Shown here: piece by piece, positions 1 to 9,608 of the stretch | How the letters are laid out: the number at the start of each line of letters is the position of its first letter | How positions within the stretch are numbered: the stretch's first letter is position 1 | NCBI GenBank assembly: GCA_002788675.1 | Contig: PFRS01000001.1 | Coordinates: forward strand, 234,706-298,705 | Length of the DNA: 64,000 nucleotides | Direction: 5' to 3' | Source: Candidatus Pacebacteria bacterium CG_4_9_14_0_2_um_filter_40_15 | GTDB lineage: Bacteria; Patescibacteriota; Microgenomatia; UBA1400; PJMF01 | Program-made: the position numbers and the translations under genes | Notes under the pieces: model-generated | The model's input: the letters and a program-made list of their open reading frames with translations, nothing else | Database searches by the model: none | Told to the model about the DNA's origin: nothing

Positions 1-441
1 ATCATAGTAACCAATGCCACTGCCACACTGTGCAACATCATTGTCATATTGATTCTCTAAGCGAGCATACAACGTATATGAAGTACCGTCAGAATCGTAT
101 GCATATGATCCACCACCTGGATCAGACGGAATCTGGACCATATAAATCGTGCCATTTTTCTCCCAAAGGTCATTCCAGTCACATGAGCTCGCATCACAAC
201 CATCAATTTTTTGACTTACATCAAGTGGATAGGCATTAAAGTCATTGTAATACAGTTCGAGTGCTGACTGAATTGACGAAAGATCCGCCTTACGTCGAGC
301 ATCTCGCCCCTTCTTCTGAGAAGAAATAAAACTACCCAAGCCAATCGCTGACAACAAACCAATAATCACAATAACAACTAATAATTCAAGAAGAGTGAAC
401 CCTTTTCTAGAATTTTTTTTGGAAATTGGTAGATGATACAT
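1..441 (-). CDS. Type IV pilin / GspG-like prepilin (3' end beyond window edge)
   Basis: Not in ORF track. Hand translation from ATG 441: MYHLPISKKNSRKGFTLLELLVVIVIIGLLSAIG...GRDARRKADLSSIQSALELYYND..YP, a class III signal peptide (G/FTLLE) plus the GspG-like RD..RK.DL motif; open to base 1. Confidence 0.9.
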   Translation of the reverse strand, partial: MYHLPISKKNSRKGFTLLELLVVIVIIGLLSAIGLGSFISSQKKGRDARRKADLSSIQSALELYYNDFNAYPLDVSQKIDGCDASSCDWNDLWEKNGTIYMVQIPSDPGGGSYAYDSDGTSYTLYARLENQYDNDVAQCGSGIGYYD

Positions 442-453
442 AGTGACCACTTT

Positions 454-1167
454 CTACTGAGTACAAGATGAATACTGGATACAAGCAGGGAGATCTGGAA
501 ATGGTGCATAGGGCACACTAGCGGGACAAGCTCCATTAATAAGTGTCGTCATGTTACAAGCTGTGTTACCTTGTGGACAACAAATTCCCTCAGTAGGTAC
601 GTCAGTCGAACCACCGGTGTAATACACTGGAATTCCCTCAGACACACCATAGTTATACTCTTCTGGGCCTGGAGAAACTAATGATATTGGTATTCCACAC
701 CCAATTCCCTGATTACAACCTAACGTAGCAATGTCTGGATCGGTTTCAAGTTCTAACTTCGCATACACTCTAAATCCTCCAGAAGTATCAGAAAAATCTG
801 GATATGGAACATAGAGATACGGCGTACCGTCTGGATCGCAAGGAATTTCTGAAAGATACCCAGCTAATGCGGTAACCGAGGCATCACCACAAGTATCCAA
901 AGTACCAAAAGGTGGATACTGATTTCTATCTGAAGCATAATCCTCGTATGCTTTTTTAATTCTATCTAAATCAGATTTGCGACGTGCATCTCTTCCCTTT
1001 GCCAACTGGGTAGCAAGTTGCTGAGAAGCTAAAATAAGGAGTAACAAAAAAATAGCAGTTACAATTAATACTTCAATAAGTGAATAACCCTTTTTCTGGC
1101 TTCTTTTTTTCTTTGAGCCGAAAATCTTGTGTCGCAGCTGCTGAAAAAAATAAGAAAATGGTGACAT
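454..1167 (-). CDS. Type IV pilin / GspG-like prepilin with Cys-rich C-terminus
   Basis: KG/YSLIEVLIV prepilin motif, hydrophobic helix, GRDARRKSDL..IK.A.E.Y..D...YP, IPCDP; Cys-rich tail. Confidence 0.88.
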   Translation of the reverse strand: MSPFSYFFQQLRHKIFGSKKKRSQKKGYSLIEVLIVTAIFLLLLILASQQLATQLAKGRDARRKSDLDRIKKAYEDYASDRNQYPPFGTLDTCGDASVTALAGYLSEIPCDPDGTPYLYVPYPDFSDTSGGFRVYAKLELETDPDIATLGCNQGIGCGIPISLVSPGPEEYNYGVSEGIPVYYTGGSTDVPTEGICCPQGNTACNMTTLINGACPASVPYAPFPDLPACIQYSSCTQ

Positions 1168-1369
1168 ATTGGTTGATTTATAAGTACGTACTAGTAGTAA
1201 TGAGTGTACAGGAAAAAATGTGTCGAGTCTATCAAAGCATACGTCTCATATGTCACTGCCATGATTTGAGCTAGTTGTAACAGGGTTAATTCCTCTTTAC
1301 AAGAGGTCCGCAACTTGCTTAAATGGAAGGTGCAGTGGTAGTAATATAATAGTTTAAGGTATTCATACT

Positions 1370-3460
1370 ATGGAATATAAAAGAGATATGCTCCACAACG
1401 TTTCGTTGGGGGTGCTTCTAGGGACAATAGCAGCCTCGGCTCTACTTGTGGTCCCAATCACAAATTCATTCGTGACAGATACAAAGGTGTACATTTCATT
1501 GTATGCAGCATTACTAGTTTTGGCACTCTTTATAGTGTCTTCAATAAAACGACGAGCTTTTGAATTCATCTTGAATCCACTTGTGCTTAGTTCTGTTTTT
1601 TTTGCACTGACTATTGGAGCTTCATCATTTTTATCAAGCAAGTATCCAGTCGAAAATTTGCTTGGCTTTGGAGGAACACTCATTGCAAGTGGCATTATTG
1701 CTCTTCTCGCTGGAAGTGTGCTACCTAAGCGTGTTGCAAAACCACTCCTTTCAACAGTTGCAATCACGGGTGCTGTCTTAACAGTACTCTCAGGATTACA
1801 AGCTGTGGGATTTGGACCTTCTGTTATTATCAATAAACTCGTTGGCGCAGAATTACCAGGAACTCTTGTCTTTAATTTAACAGGATCTTCACTCGTAGCT
1901 CTCCAATTTATTGGTGTTGCCTTAGTTGGTGTTATCACCCACATCGTGCACAAAAAACACATTAGTAAAGTATTTGCTATTACGCTTCCTTTACTAGTTA
2001 TTGGTTTGCTGCTTCACGGTTGGTCAATGCTTCCTGGAAAAGATGCATTCGTGCAACTTCCTTCATGGAATGCAAGTTGGTCAGTAGCTTTGGATACTAT
2101 TCGCTCTCCACGTTCTGCACTTATTGGTGTCGGCGCAGCTGGCTATAGAAATGCATATAGCATCTTCAAGCCAACCTGGACCAATAGTACCGATCAATGG
2201 TCAATCATTTATAACCAAGCAGCAAATACTCCTCTCACGTTGCTTACAACAGCAGGGTTCTTAGGACTCATTGCTTGGATAGTACTTGCGCTTAAAGCTT
2301 TCAAAGCAGCACGCATAACAGCAACAGACAACAAGCCAATTGCGTACATGTTGGTGGGTACATTTGCACTTCAATTGGTTCTCCCAATGAACGTGGTTAT
2401 GCTCACACTTCAAGCAATCTTAATTGCTGCACTCGTTGCAAGTGAAAGAGACAAATACTCAGTAGCACGTTTTAAAGCAATGTCTTTCAGTGTAATCGAT
2501 CGAAATCAGGCTGCAAAACTTCCAAGAAAAAGTAGCATGGTAAGCATGTATCTTGGTGCTGGTGTAGGATTCGCTGCAGTAGTTGCAGGTCTTTACTTAG
2601 TAACACGCTCATATATGGCTTTCATGGCTGACCATCAAGCATCGCGCGCTGCTGCTGAAGATAACGCCGTAGCTGTGTATGAACTACAACAAAGAGCCGT
2701 CTCGCTCAACCCTTATTTGGATATGTTCCGCAGAAACTATGCAGTAACTAACTTACTCATTGCTAGCGCCATTTCAAATAATGCAGACCTCACTGAGGAG
2801 CAATCTACTCAAGTCGGAGAATTGTTACAGCAGGCAGTCCGTGAAGCTCGAAGCGCTACCCTCCTTGATGAATCAGATTCAGAAAACTGGGCTACTTTAG
2901 CCGAGATCTACACCAATATGATCGGTGTGAGTGAAGATGCATCACAATGGGCAACTCAAGCATATGTTGCTGCAATCGAGACTAACCCAACGGCTCCAAG
3001 TCTCAGAGTAAGTTTGGGAACTATCTTTGCTAACCAAGAGGCCTATGGCCAAGCTGCAAATATTTTCCAGCAAGCAGTTAGTCTAAAACCAGACTTCACA
3101 CCTGCAGTCTACAACCTAGCTGTGTCACTTGTGAAGCTTGAAGACTGGGTAAATGCTCAAGCAGCATACAAAGCCGTAGTCCAACAACTTGATCCTTCAA
3201 CTGAGGACTACACCAAAGTTATGGAAGAGCTTGACCTCGTCAATGAAAAAGTAGCTGAAATCGAAGCCGCTGCTAAAGCACAACAGGATGCTGCTGCAAA
3301 TGCTACTGGTTCTGAGTCTACTCCTCTTGGTGAAGTTAAATCACCTTCATTAACTGATCAAGTGATCGATGGCGGAAACGCTGTTGAAACCACTCCAGAA
3401 AATGATGTTAACTTAACTCAAGAACAACCTCCTGTTGCTGAAGAGCAACCAGCACAGTAA
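1370..3460 (+). CDS. Polytopic membrane protein, O-antigen-ligase/Wzy_C-like region plus C-terminal TPRs
   Basis: About 12 hydrophobic segments; LIGVGAAGY...N.PL..L...GFLGLIAW resembles the Wzy_C motif; TPR-like repeats (QRAVSLNP, AAIETNP, QQAVSLKPDF). Confidence 0.7.
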   Translation: MEYKRDMLHNVSLGVLLGTIAASALLVVPITNSFVTDTKVYISLYAALLVLALFIVSSIKRRAFEFILNPLVLSSVFFALTIGASSFLSSKYPVENLLGFGGTLIASGIIALLAGSVLPKRVAKPLLSTVAITGAVLTVLSGLQAVGFGPSVIINKLVGAELPGTLVFNLTGSSLVALQFIGVALVGVITHIVHKKHISKVFAITLPLLVIGLLLHGWSMLPGKDAFVQLPSWNASWSVALDTIRSPRSALIGVGAAGYRNAYSIFKPTWTNSTDQWSIIYNQAANTPLTLLTTAGFLGLIAWIVLALKAFKAARITATDNKPIAYMLVGTFALQLVLPMNVVMLTLQAILIAALVASERDKYSVARFKAMSFSVIDRNQAAKLPRKSSMVSMYLGAGVGFAAVVAGLYLVTRSYMAFMADHQASRAAAEDNAVAVYELQQRAVSLNPYLDMFRRNYAVTNLLIASAISNNADLTEEQSTQVGELLQQAVREARSATLLDESDSENWATLAEIYTNMIGVSEDASQWATQAYVAAIETNPTAPSLRVSLGTIFANQEAYGQAANIFQQAVSLKPDFTPAVYNLAVSLVKLEDWVNAQAAYKAVVQQLDPSTEDYTKVMEELDLVNEKVAEIEAAAKAQQDAAANATGSESTPLGEVKSPSLTDQVIDGGNAVETTPENDVNLTQEQPPVAEEQPAQ

Positions 3461-3481
3461 TTCTATTTTGATAGAAAACGG

Positions 3482-3513
3482 AAAAGCGCCAGGCAGAATG
3501 CCTGGCGCTTTTT
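3482..3513. terminator. Bidirectional intrinsic terminator between convergent TPR gene and obgE
   Basis: AAAAGCGCCAGGCA-GAA-TGCCTGGCGCTTTT, 14-bp stem with A/T tracts. Confidence 0.85.
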
Positions 3514-3567
3514 ATTTCTTTTCAAATTTGCTTCGCTAGTCTCTCTTTTCCAGTGAGTTCTCGAACT

Positions 3568-4827
3568 CTAAAGCTCATGAAGTAGTGCGCTGGTGAGCTC
3601 TGGAAGCCCAATTCCGGTTACACCACTAAATAAATGAACAACTATGCCCTTCTTCTTGAAAAGCTTTACAATTTCTTTTTGAAGGTCTTCGGAATACAGA
3701 TCGATTTTGTTCACACTCACTAAATTTTTCTTATCAAATTGCTTTGGATTATGCGTCGTCAATTCTTTTACAAGACTTTGATACTGATTCCACAAAAGTT
3801 GAGCTTTATCCTTATCTGAACTTGCCGTGTCATAAATTACCGACTCATCTAGAGAAAGAACATATAATAATGCTTTTGTATTCTCGATATGACGTAGAAA
3901 ATCGTAACCAAGTCCCTTGCCTTCACTGGCACCTTCAATAAGCCCAGGAATATCGGCAATAACGATCTCTCGATTACTCTCTTGTGTTTGAAGCACACCT
4001 AGGTGAGGTTCGAGTGTGGTAAACGGATAGCTAGCGATTTTTGGTCGAGCTTTGGTCACAATTGAAAGCAAAGTACTCTTACCAGCATTTGGAAATCCAA
4101 CTAATCCCACGTCAGCTAAGAGTTTAAGCTCAAGCAAAACTAAACGCTTTTCACCTTCGGTTCCGTACTCTGCTACAAGAGGTGTCGTAAGTGAGGCACT
4201 CTTAAAACGGTCATTACCTCTACCTCCAAAGCCACCCTGACAGACAACAACTTCTTGACCATGTTCTAAAATAGTAATTAATTCATGTTTGGGAATAGTT
4301 TCATCATTAAGGAGTTTGCTTGGCTGATACTCAATAAAAGCATCAAAACCATCTTCGATATATGAATCTGTTACATCAATCGACGCAATTGGTGAACACA
4401 CAGGTGTTAACTCCTGTGGCTCTGGTCTTTGACCTTCTTGCTCCAATTGATACTTCTGATGAACAATTTCTACCCACTTTAAGAGCTGGTCTGTGCCGTA
4501 CTTCGTTCTTCTCTTACGAGCTATCTTGTTCTCAGCAACGATAAGGATTTTTGTTCCAATTGGAACTTCAAGAACGATACTGGAACCCTTTTTTCCGTAT
4601 TTATTTTTATCGCCACCAAGTTGACCAATCTCTGCTTGGTATGAAACCTGACCTACAAACTCTTTCAAAGTCGAAATATTTTTATTTCCACGAAGAATCA
4701 CTGAACCACCATTACCTCCATCGCCCCCATCTGGGCCACCTTTTTGGACATACTTTTCTCTTCTAAATGACACCCGACCATTTCCACCGTCACCAGCTAT
4801 AAGGAGCAATTTTACTAAATCTATCAT
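3568..4827 (-). CDS. obgE: GTPase ObgE/CgtA
   Basis: Gly-rich Obg fold (GDGGNGRVSFRREKYVQKGGPDGGDGG), G1 GFPNAGKS, YPFTT, DIPG, NKID. Confidence 0.97.
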   Translation of the reverse strand: MIDLVKLLLIAGDGGNGRVSFRREKYVQKGGPDGGDGGNGGSVILRGNKNISTLKEFVGQVSYQAEIGQLGGDKNKYGKKGSSIVLEVPIGTKILIVAENKIARKRRTKYGTDQLLKWVEIVHQKYQLEQEGQRPEPQELTPVCSPIASIDVTDSYIEDGFDAFIEYQPSKLLNDETIPKHELITILEHGQEVVVCQGGFGGRGNDRFKSASLTTPLVAEYGTEGEKRLVLLELKLLADVGLVGFPNAGKSTLLSIVTKARPKIASYPFTTLEPHLGVLQTQESNREIVIADIPGLIEGASEGKGLGYDFLRHIENTKALLYVLSLDESVIYDTASSDKDKAQLLWNQYQSLVKELTTHNPKQFDKKNLVSVNKIDLYSEDLQKEIVKLFKKKGIVVHLFSGVTGIGLPELTSALLHEL

Positions 4828-4867
4828 ACGTTCTCTCTTGCCTAAAAAGGCCAGCTTCTAAAGCTCT

Positions 4868-5977
4868 TTAATTTAAGAAGGAAAGCGGATTAAGCAATCC
4901 TCCCTTTCTAATTTCAAAATGCAAATGAGTACCCGTTGAACGACCAGTGCTTCCCATCTGTCCCAGCACTGAACCCCTAGATACTTGCTGTCCTGCACTT
5001 ACCTGAACAACACTCATATGTGCATATAAACTCACAAAACCATTTCCATGGTCTATCATTACTCTATTTCCATATCCAGAGTTGTCTAGCCAGCCAGCTC
5101 CAATAACTGTTCCTGAATCTGCTGCCAAAATTGGTCCAGCAGATCGATTCGCGATATCAATTGCTTTGTGATAAAAACTATATCCTTGTGTAATTGTACC
5201 GGCTGCAGGCCACAGGAACTGACCAGAACCTGCCCCTTGCACCACATCGACTGGTGTCGGCTGTGCGATCTTACGGACAGGGGCTGCAGTCTGTGGTGGC
5301 ACACCACCAGGAATCATAATCTGCTGGCCTGTTGCCAACTCAAAGGTTTCATCATTAATAAACTCGTTAAATGGATAGTCAACAATTACCTGAGCTTGAG
5401 CACTATCTAGACCATATTTTTTTGCAATCGAGTAAATTGTTTCACCTCGTGCAACTTTATGACGTAAACCATCTACTGGTAGAATTCTTAATTCTTGTCC
5501 TGGCTTGAGCACTGAGTTGTCAGTTAGATCGTTCTCCCACATTACCGTGGTTGAATCTAAATTATATCGAGTAGCAATCGAGCTTATTGTTTCACCGTCA
5601 GCCACAACGTGTCTAATAATTTCTCCACCTCTAAAGCGAGAAACCTCCTCTGCCTGAGAAGTTGAAAAACTATCACCAAAAACTGCAGCAGATATAACAG
5701 TCTGTGATCCTTGACCCTCAAACTCACTATCCTTGTTAGTTAACAACACTGGCCCCACCGTAATCACCAAAAACACCAAACCAATTGTGCCAAAGTGCAT
5801 AAAAGGACGGGTGTACTTACCTCGCTTTTGGTACAAAAGATCAACGAGGATATCTTTAAGTATTTCAAACTTTGAAAACCATTTATATCCCCTAGTGCGA
5901 ATGTACCAACCAACAAAGCGAGTAAACTCGCCCAGATCTGTAAATACTTGTGGTTTCTTAAACACTATTCTCGGCAT
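4868..5977 (-). CDS. LysM-LysM-M23 peptidoglycan endopeptidase
   Basis: N-terminal TM, two LysM repeats (HVVADGETISSIA, HKVARGETIYSIA), M23 motifs HKAID and TGTHLHFE. Start moved to ATG 5977 because the 6013 GTG lies inside a hairpin upstream of a TATAAT. Confidence 0.9.
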   Translation of the reverse strand: MPRIVFKKPQVFTDLGEFTRFVGWYIRTRGYKWFSKFEILKDILVDLLYQKRGKYTRPFMHFGTIGLVFLVITVGPVLLTNKDSEFEGQGSQTVISAAVFGDSFSTSQAEEVSRFRGGEIIRHVVADGETISSIATRYNLDSTTVMWENDLTDNSVLKPGQELRILPVDGLRHKVARGETIYSIAKKYGLDSAQAQVIVDYPFNEFINDETFELATGQQIMIPGGVPPQTAAPVRKIAQPTPVDVVQGAGSGQFLWPAAGTITQGYSFYHKAIDIANRSAGPILAADSGTVIGAGWLDNSGYGNRVMIDHGNGFVSLYAHMSVVQVSAGQQVSRGSVLGQMGSTGRSTGTHLHFEIRKGGLLNPLSFLN

Positions 5978-6001
5978 ACTGTGCTGTGGGTCTATTATAA
6001 C

Positions 6002-6028
6002 AGTCCGCGGCACGAAGTGCCGCGGACT
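6002..6028. other. Perfect GC-rich hairpin downstream of rho
   Basis: AGTCCGCGGCAC-GAA-GTGCCGCGGACT, 12-bp stem with no U-tract; possibly a 3' stabiliser or pause site. Confidence 0.6.
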
Positions 6029-6048
6029 ATCCAGTTTTAAACTACTTC

Positions 6049-7395
6049 TTAACTACTCTTGAGAGAAGCTAAGAACTCCTTATTAGATTTTGTCTTCTTG
6101 AGTTGCTGAATAAGTGTGGTTGTTCGCTCATTACTATCCAACATATCCAACATTCTGTGGAGCGTCATAATTGATTGATAGGTCATTGGTTCAATTAACA
6201 AGTCATCGCGACGAGTACCAGATTTTTGAACATCAAGTGCTGGCCAAATTCTGCGCTCAGCCATCTTACGACTCAAGTGTACCTCTTGGTTACCGGTTCC
6301 CTTAAACTCTTCGTAGACCAAATCATCCATTCTAGAACCAGTCTCGACTAGAGCTGTACCAATAATGGTTAAACTACCTGGAATTTCAAAGTTACGAGCT
6401 GCACCAAAGAACTTCTTTGGTGGAAAGAGTGCGGCTGGATCAAATCCACCAGACAAGGTTCTTCCTGAAGTCGGGATGGCTAAGTTATAGGCACGAGCTA
6501 AACGAGTAATTGAGTCGAGCAAGATAAGGACGTCTTTTCCAGTCTCGACCATTCGCTTTGCTTTTTCGAGGGCGAGTTCAGCAACGCGGCATTGATCTTG
6601 AGCTGCCTCATCAAAGTTACTTGCAGCCACTTCACCCTTACCGTCTGTAAGACGTGCAATGTGTCGCTTAATATCTGTCACTTCTTCAGGACGCTCACCA
6701 ACAAGCACCGCCATAATATGGATTTCTGGATGATTTGATGCCACACCAGTAGCAATATTCTTCAGAAGAGTTGTTTTACCAGCTTTTGGAGGTGAAACAA
6801 TTAGACTTCTCTGCCCTTTTCCAATTGGCGCTATCATATCGATAATACGCAAAGAAAGTGGATCTTCGCCTGTTTCTAACTTAATTAATTCATCTGGATA
6901 TACTGGAGTAAGACGTTTAAACACTGGTCGCTGTAGATTGCGAGCTTCAGCTGCAGGCAAACCATTAATGGTATCAACTCGAGTCATGCCCCAATAGCGT
7001 TCGTTGTCTTTTGGTTCACGAACTGGACCAGTAACTTCATCACCTGGTCTCATATTAAACCTGCGTATTTGAGAGGTAGCAAGGTAAGCATCACCTTCTT
7101 CGTCACCTGAAAGACTCACTCTAACTACTCCATGACCATCTCGAGATAAATCGAGTAATCCAGTAATGATTTTAGTATTTGAATCTTGGTCGTTCTTTTT
7201 ATTCTTGTTGTTAGAAGAAGGCATGCTGTAGCCTTTATCCTTCTTAAGAGGTTGAACTGCAATTTCTTTAAGAACCTCATCTCTCTTTGAAGAGGTTTTT
7301 GAAGTAGTTTTAACTTTTTCTGTCTTAACTGGCTCATCTTGAGCTTCAGGTTTGTTTGTTTCTTCATTTGAAGAAGTTATATTATTTATTGGCAT
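6049..7395 (-). CDS. rho: Transcription termination factor Rho
   Basis: SQIRRFNMRPGD, PIGKGQRSLIVSPPKAGKTTLL, GERPEEVTD, LDSITRLARAYN, YEEFKGTGN. Confidence 0.98.
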   Translation of the reverse strand: MPINNITSSNEETNKPEAQDEPVKTEKVKTTSKTSSKRDEVLKEIAVQPLKKDKGYSMPSSNNKNKKNDQDSNTKIITGLLDLSRDGHGVVRVSLSGDEEGDAYLATSQIRRFNMRPGDEVTGPVREPKDNERYWGMTRVDTINGLPAAEARNLQRPVFKRLTPVYPDELIKLETGEDPLSLRIIDMIAPIGKGQRSLIVSPPKAGKTTLLKNIATGVASNHPEIHIMAVLVGERPEEVTDIKRHIARLTDGKGEVAASNFDEAAQDQCRVAELALEKAKRMVETGKDVLILLDSITRLARAYNLAIPTSGRTLSGGFDPAALFPPKKFFGAARNFEIPGSLTIIGTALVETGSRMDDLVYEEFKGTGNQEVHLSRKMAERRIWPALDVQKSGTRRDDLLIEPMTYQSIMTLHRMLDMLDSNERTTTLIQQLKKTKSNKEFLASLKSS

Positions 7396-7549
7396 ATTCT
7401 TTCTGGAAATAGTTTGTACTTATAAGAATATTTTGTATGAAATCCTAGCGTGTGAATAAGAAGTATTCACTTCTGACATGGCTGGAAACACATTAAAAAA
7501 TCTCTGAAAAATTACCTAATTACTGATTAAAAAAGGGATATTGCCCTTT

Positions 7550-7577
7550 ATTATACTCACAATTGCTTTTTTGTCAA
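7550..7577 (-). promoter_or_regulatory. Consensus sigma70 promoter of rho
   Basis: Minus strand TTGACA-16 nt-TATAAT, giving a 5'UTR of about 150 nt. Confidence 0.75.
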
Positions 7578-7589
7578 AGTTTAGTCAAG

Positions 7590-8378
7590 TTATTCGAGTA
7601 CTTTTTGAGTATTTGTTGTGGGATCAATAAGTCGTGCATACCTAAAGTGACGAATTGGTGATTGTAGATATTTACAGGTGTACAAGATTAAATCGGCGTT
7701 ATAATCTGTAATCTCGTCACCCTCTTCACCTGAATAGATCTCGTATTCCCACTTTCGATGATCAACAATTATCTCTACTCTGTCACCGGGCTGTGTGTCT
7801 GGAAGTAAGTAAAATGAATTGTACTTCCAATAATCTGTTTGCCACCACCACTGCCATCCAAATCGATGGGCAGCAACTATCATAGGCAATCCTGTACCAT
7901 CCCCTGGTTTACCAAAGTCTGGCACCCACCAGACACCCTTTTCTAGGGCTTCTTCTGGCGTAGCTGTTGGTCTGAGTTGCGTATGCACACCAATAAGTGG
8001 AATAGAAATCCAATTGCCATCTGGCAATGTTTCATCATAATCAGGCTGGTACTGATATTCTTCTTTGTTCTCAACCGTCTGTTCTGTAGTGTACTCTCCT
8101 CCATACAGAGAAACTACCTCTGGTGGCTCAAGGGTCACTATATCAGCAGGAAAAAAGAAATAATATACAGCAGGAACAACTAAAATAGCAGCAATAAGGA
8201 CACTCAGGCCAATCAGTCCAGACAAGGCAACATTTATTACTGAAATAAGCCAAATAGGTAGTTTGTTTGTCTTTTTCTCGATTTTTCTGGCAGAAGAGAT
8301 AATAGAACCAGTCAACGCAGCCCGAGTTCGTGGAAATGTCGTTGAAAAAAAGCCAGATTTTGATTGGACAGTGAGCAT
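7590..8378 (-). CDS. Sortase family protein
   Basis: N-terminal TM, ISIPLIGV, L.KGVW, AAHR (His), LILYTC (Cys) and downstream Arg. Confidence 0.85.
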   Translation of the reverse strand: MLTVQSKSGFFSTTFPRTRAALTGSIISSARKIEKKTNKLPIWLISVINVALSGLIGLSVLIAAILVVPAVYYFFFPADIVTLEPPEVVSLYGGEYTTEQTVENKEEYQYQPDYDETLPDGNWISIPLIGVHTQLRPTATPEEALEKGVWWVPDFGKPGDGTGLPMIVAAHRFGWQWWWQTDYWKYNSFYLLPDTQPGDRVEIIVDHRKWEYEIYSGEEGDEITDYNADLILYTCKYLQSPIRHFRYARLIDPTTNTQKVLE

Positions 8379-8481
8379 AGCTCTCTCAAGTATACAATAT
8401 TATTATAGTCATTAATTATAGCATTTTTTGCTTGGAAAAGCAATGTTATGGGATAATATGGTCGAAATATCAAATAAGAAA

Positions 8482-8507
8482 TTGTCCCTAGACCAGGCTA
8501 GGGACAA
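8482..8507 (-). terminator. Intrinsic terminator after the 103-aa ORF
   Basis: TTGTCCCTAG-6 nt-CTAGGGACAA, followed by a T-rich run on the minus strand. Confidence 0.7.
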
Positions 8508-8521
8508 AATAAAGAGGAAAT

Positions 8522-8833
8522 TTAGAGCTGGGTCATGTCAAGATTATGGATATGATCAACAACTGAAATAACTTGCCCCACTGCGGCTGCTGTATCAATT
8601 GAAATTACATACGCTTCAGGCTCAGTTCTGGCTAAGCGACGTAAAACAGCATGACCTCGTTCTTGATTGTGGAAGAAAAGTTGCACCTCTTCTCGTCTAC
8701 CATCAAAGAAGAAAGGTACTGCCAACTCATGGTTTACAACAAATTCTGGAAATGAGTATTCATTGAGCCGAAAAGTAACAATCATTCCGGGTTCAGCACA
8801 AAAACGAACAATTGGTTTTGCCACAACAATCAC
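8522..8833 (-). CDS. Small hypothetical protein (103 aa)
   Basis: ORF with its own TTGAAT-16-TATAAT-like promoter (~8926-8953) and its own terminator. Confidence 0.6.
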   Translation of the reverse strand: MIVVAKPIVRFCAEPGMIVTFRLNEYSFPEFVVNHELAVPFFFDGRREEVQLFFHNQERGHAVLRRLARTEPEAYVISIDTAAAVGQVISVVDHIHNLDMTQL

Positions 8834-8974
8834 CTCTTTTAAGAATTCTTGCTCTGAAACAGTCAGAGCGCCTGCTTACTTAGTTTCACCCAAGCGACCT
8901 TCAGATAAGAAGGAATTAAGGGGTTATTATAACCCACAACTGTTTATATTCAATGAATAGGTTGATTAATCAAC

Positions 8975-9375
8975 AAAAAAGAGGTAGTAAGTGGAAGCTC
9001 AACTGCCTGCCCAACTGTCAAACTTCCACATACTACCCCTCAATATTTAGACTAAGAGTATATTTTGATATAGTAAGATGATATTTACAGGGTGCGACCC
9101 CTGCGTTACTATCAGCGTACAAGTGTTTTGACCTAGTATTGAAACACTTATCTGAGAAAAAAGCATTGTTACTCGTGGTCTGTCCAGCGATAATAATGCT
9201 TTTTTTGTACTTGTTCTTCTTTTTTGCTTCATTCACCCTTAATCACCCACTTTAACGCCGTTTATTAAGCAGCTCAACGGTATCTCTAGATGTATCTATA
9301 ACAATAGAAACACAAGTAAATCAAAATATATATTAATGTTCGTTAGTGATACCAGTCAGAGATATCACTCTCATT
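8975..9375 (-). ncRNA. Candidate ~400-nt structured ncRNA of unknown family
   Basis: Promoter TTGACG-17-TATACT (9410-9382); several internal hairpins; 11-bp long-range helix 9320-9330/9059-9069; ends in a ~23-bp hairpin (8981-9039) plus T6; no convincing ORF. Confidence 0.5.
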
Positions 9376-9518
9376 TAGTCGAGTATAACTCCTAGACTCT
9401 CCTCCGTCAACCTATAGTTTGACTTTGATCAATTTTATCGCATCCTATATTCAAAATGATTAACAATTTATTGATATAAATACAATTGTTATTAACACAA
9501 GAATCTTTAATTTATTTA

Positions 9519-9527
9519 TGTGGATAA
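9519..9527. promoter_or_regulatory. Perfect DnaA box upstream of the coupling-protein gene
   Basis: TGTGGATAA is the reverse complement of TTATCCACA. Confidence 0.45.
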
Positions 9528-9608
9528 CTTTATTTATAATTACACGAAAACTCTATCGGGTTTTTACTCACTATCACTCAAAACGTGCGACTCTGGTATA
9601 CTAATAGT

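Noticed and set aside
8840-8910. Possible structured leader (TCTGAA...TTCAGA, GAAA-containing loop) before the 103-aa ORF
   Set aside because: Stems are short and match no riboswitch consensus I recognise.
9033-9236. 61-aa and 67-aa overlapping minus-strand ORFs
   Set aside because: Two overlapping frames in a hairpin-dense region with no recognisable protein features; more likely incidental, though not excluded.
9388-9404. GGAGGAGAGTCT resembling RNase P RNA GAGGAAAGUCC, and GACTAA/TTAGTC resembling group I intron P7
   Set aside because: The first lies in the promoter spacer with no 3' P4 partner; no P3-P6 core or host gene exists for an intron.
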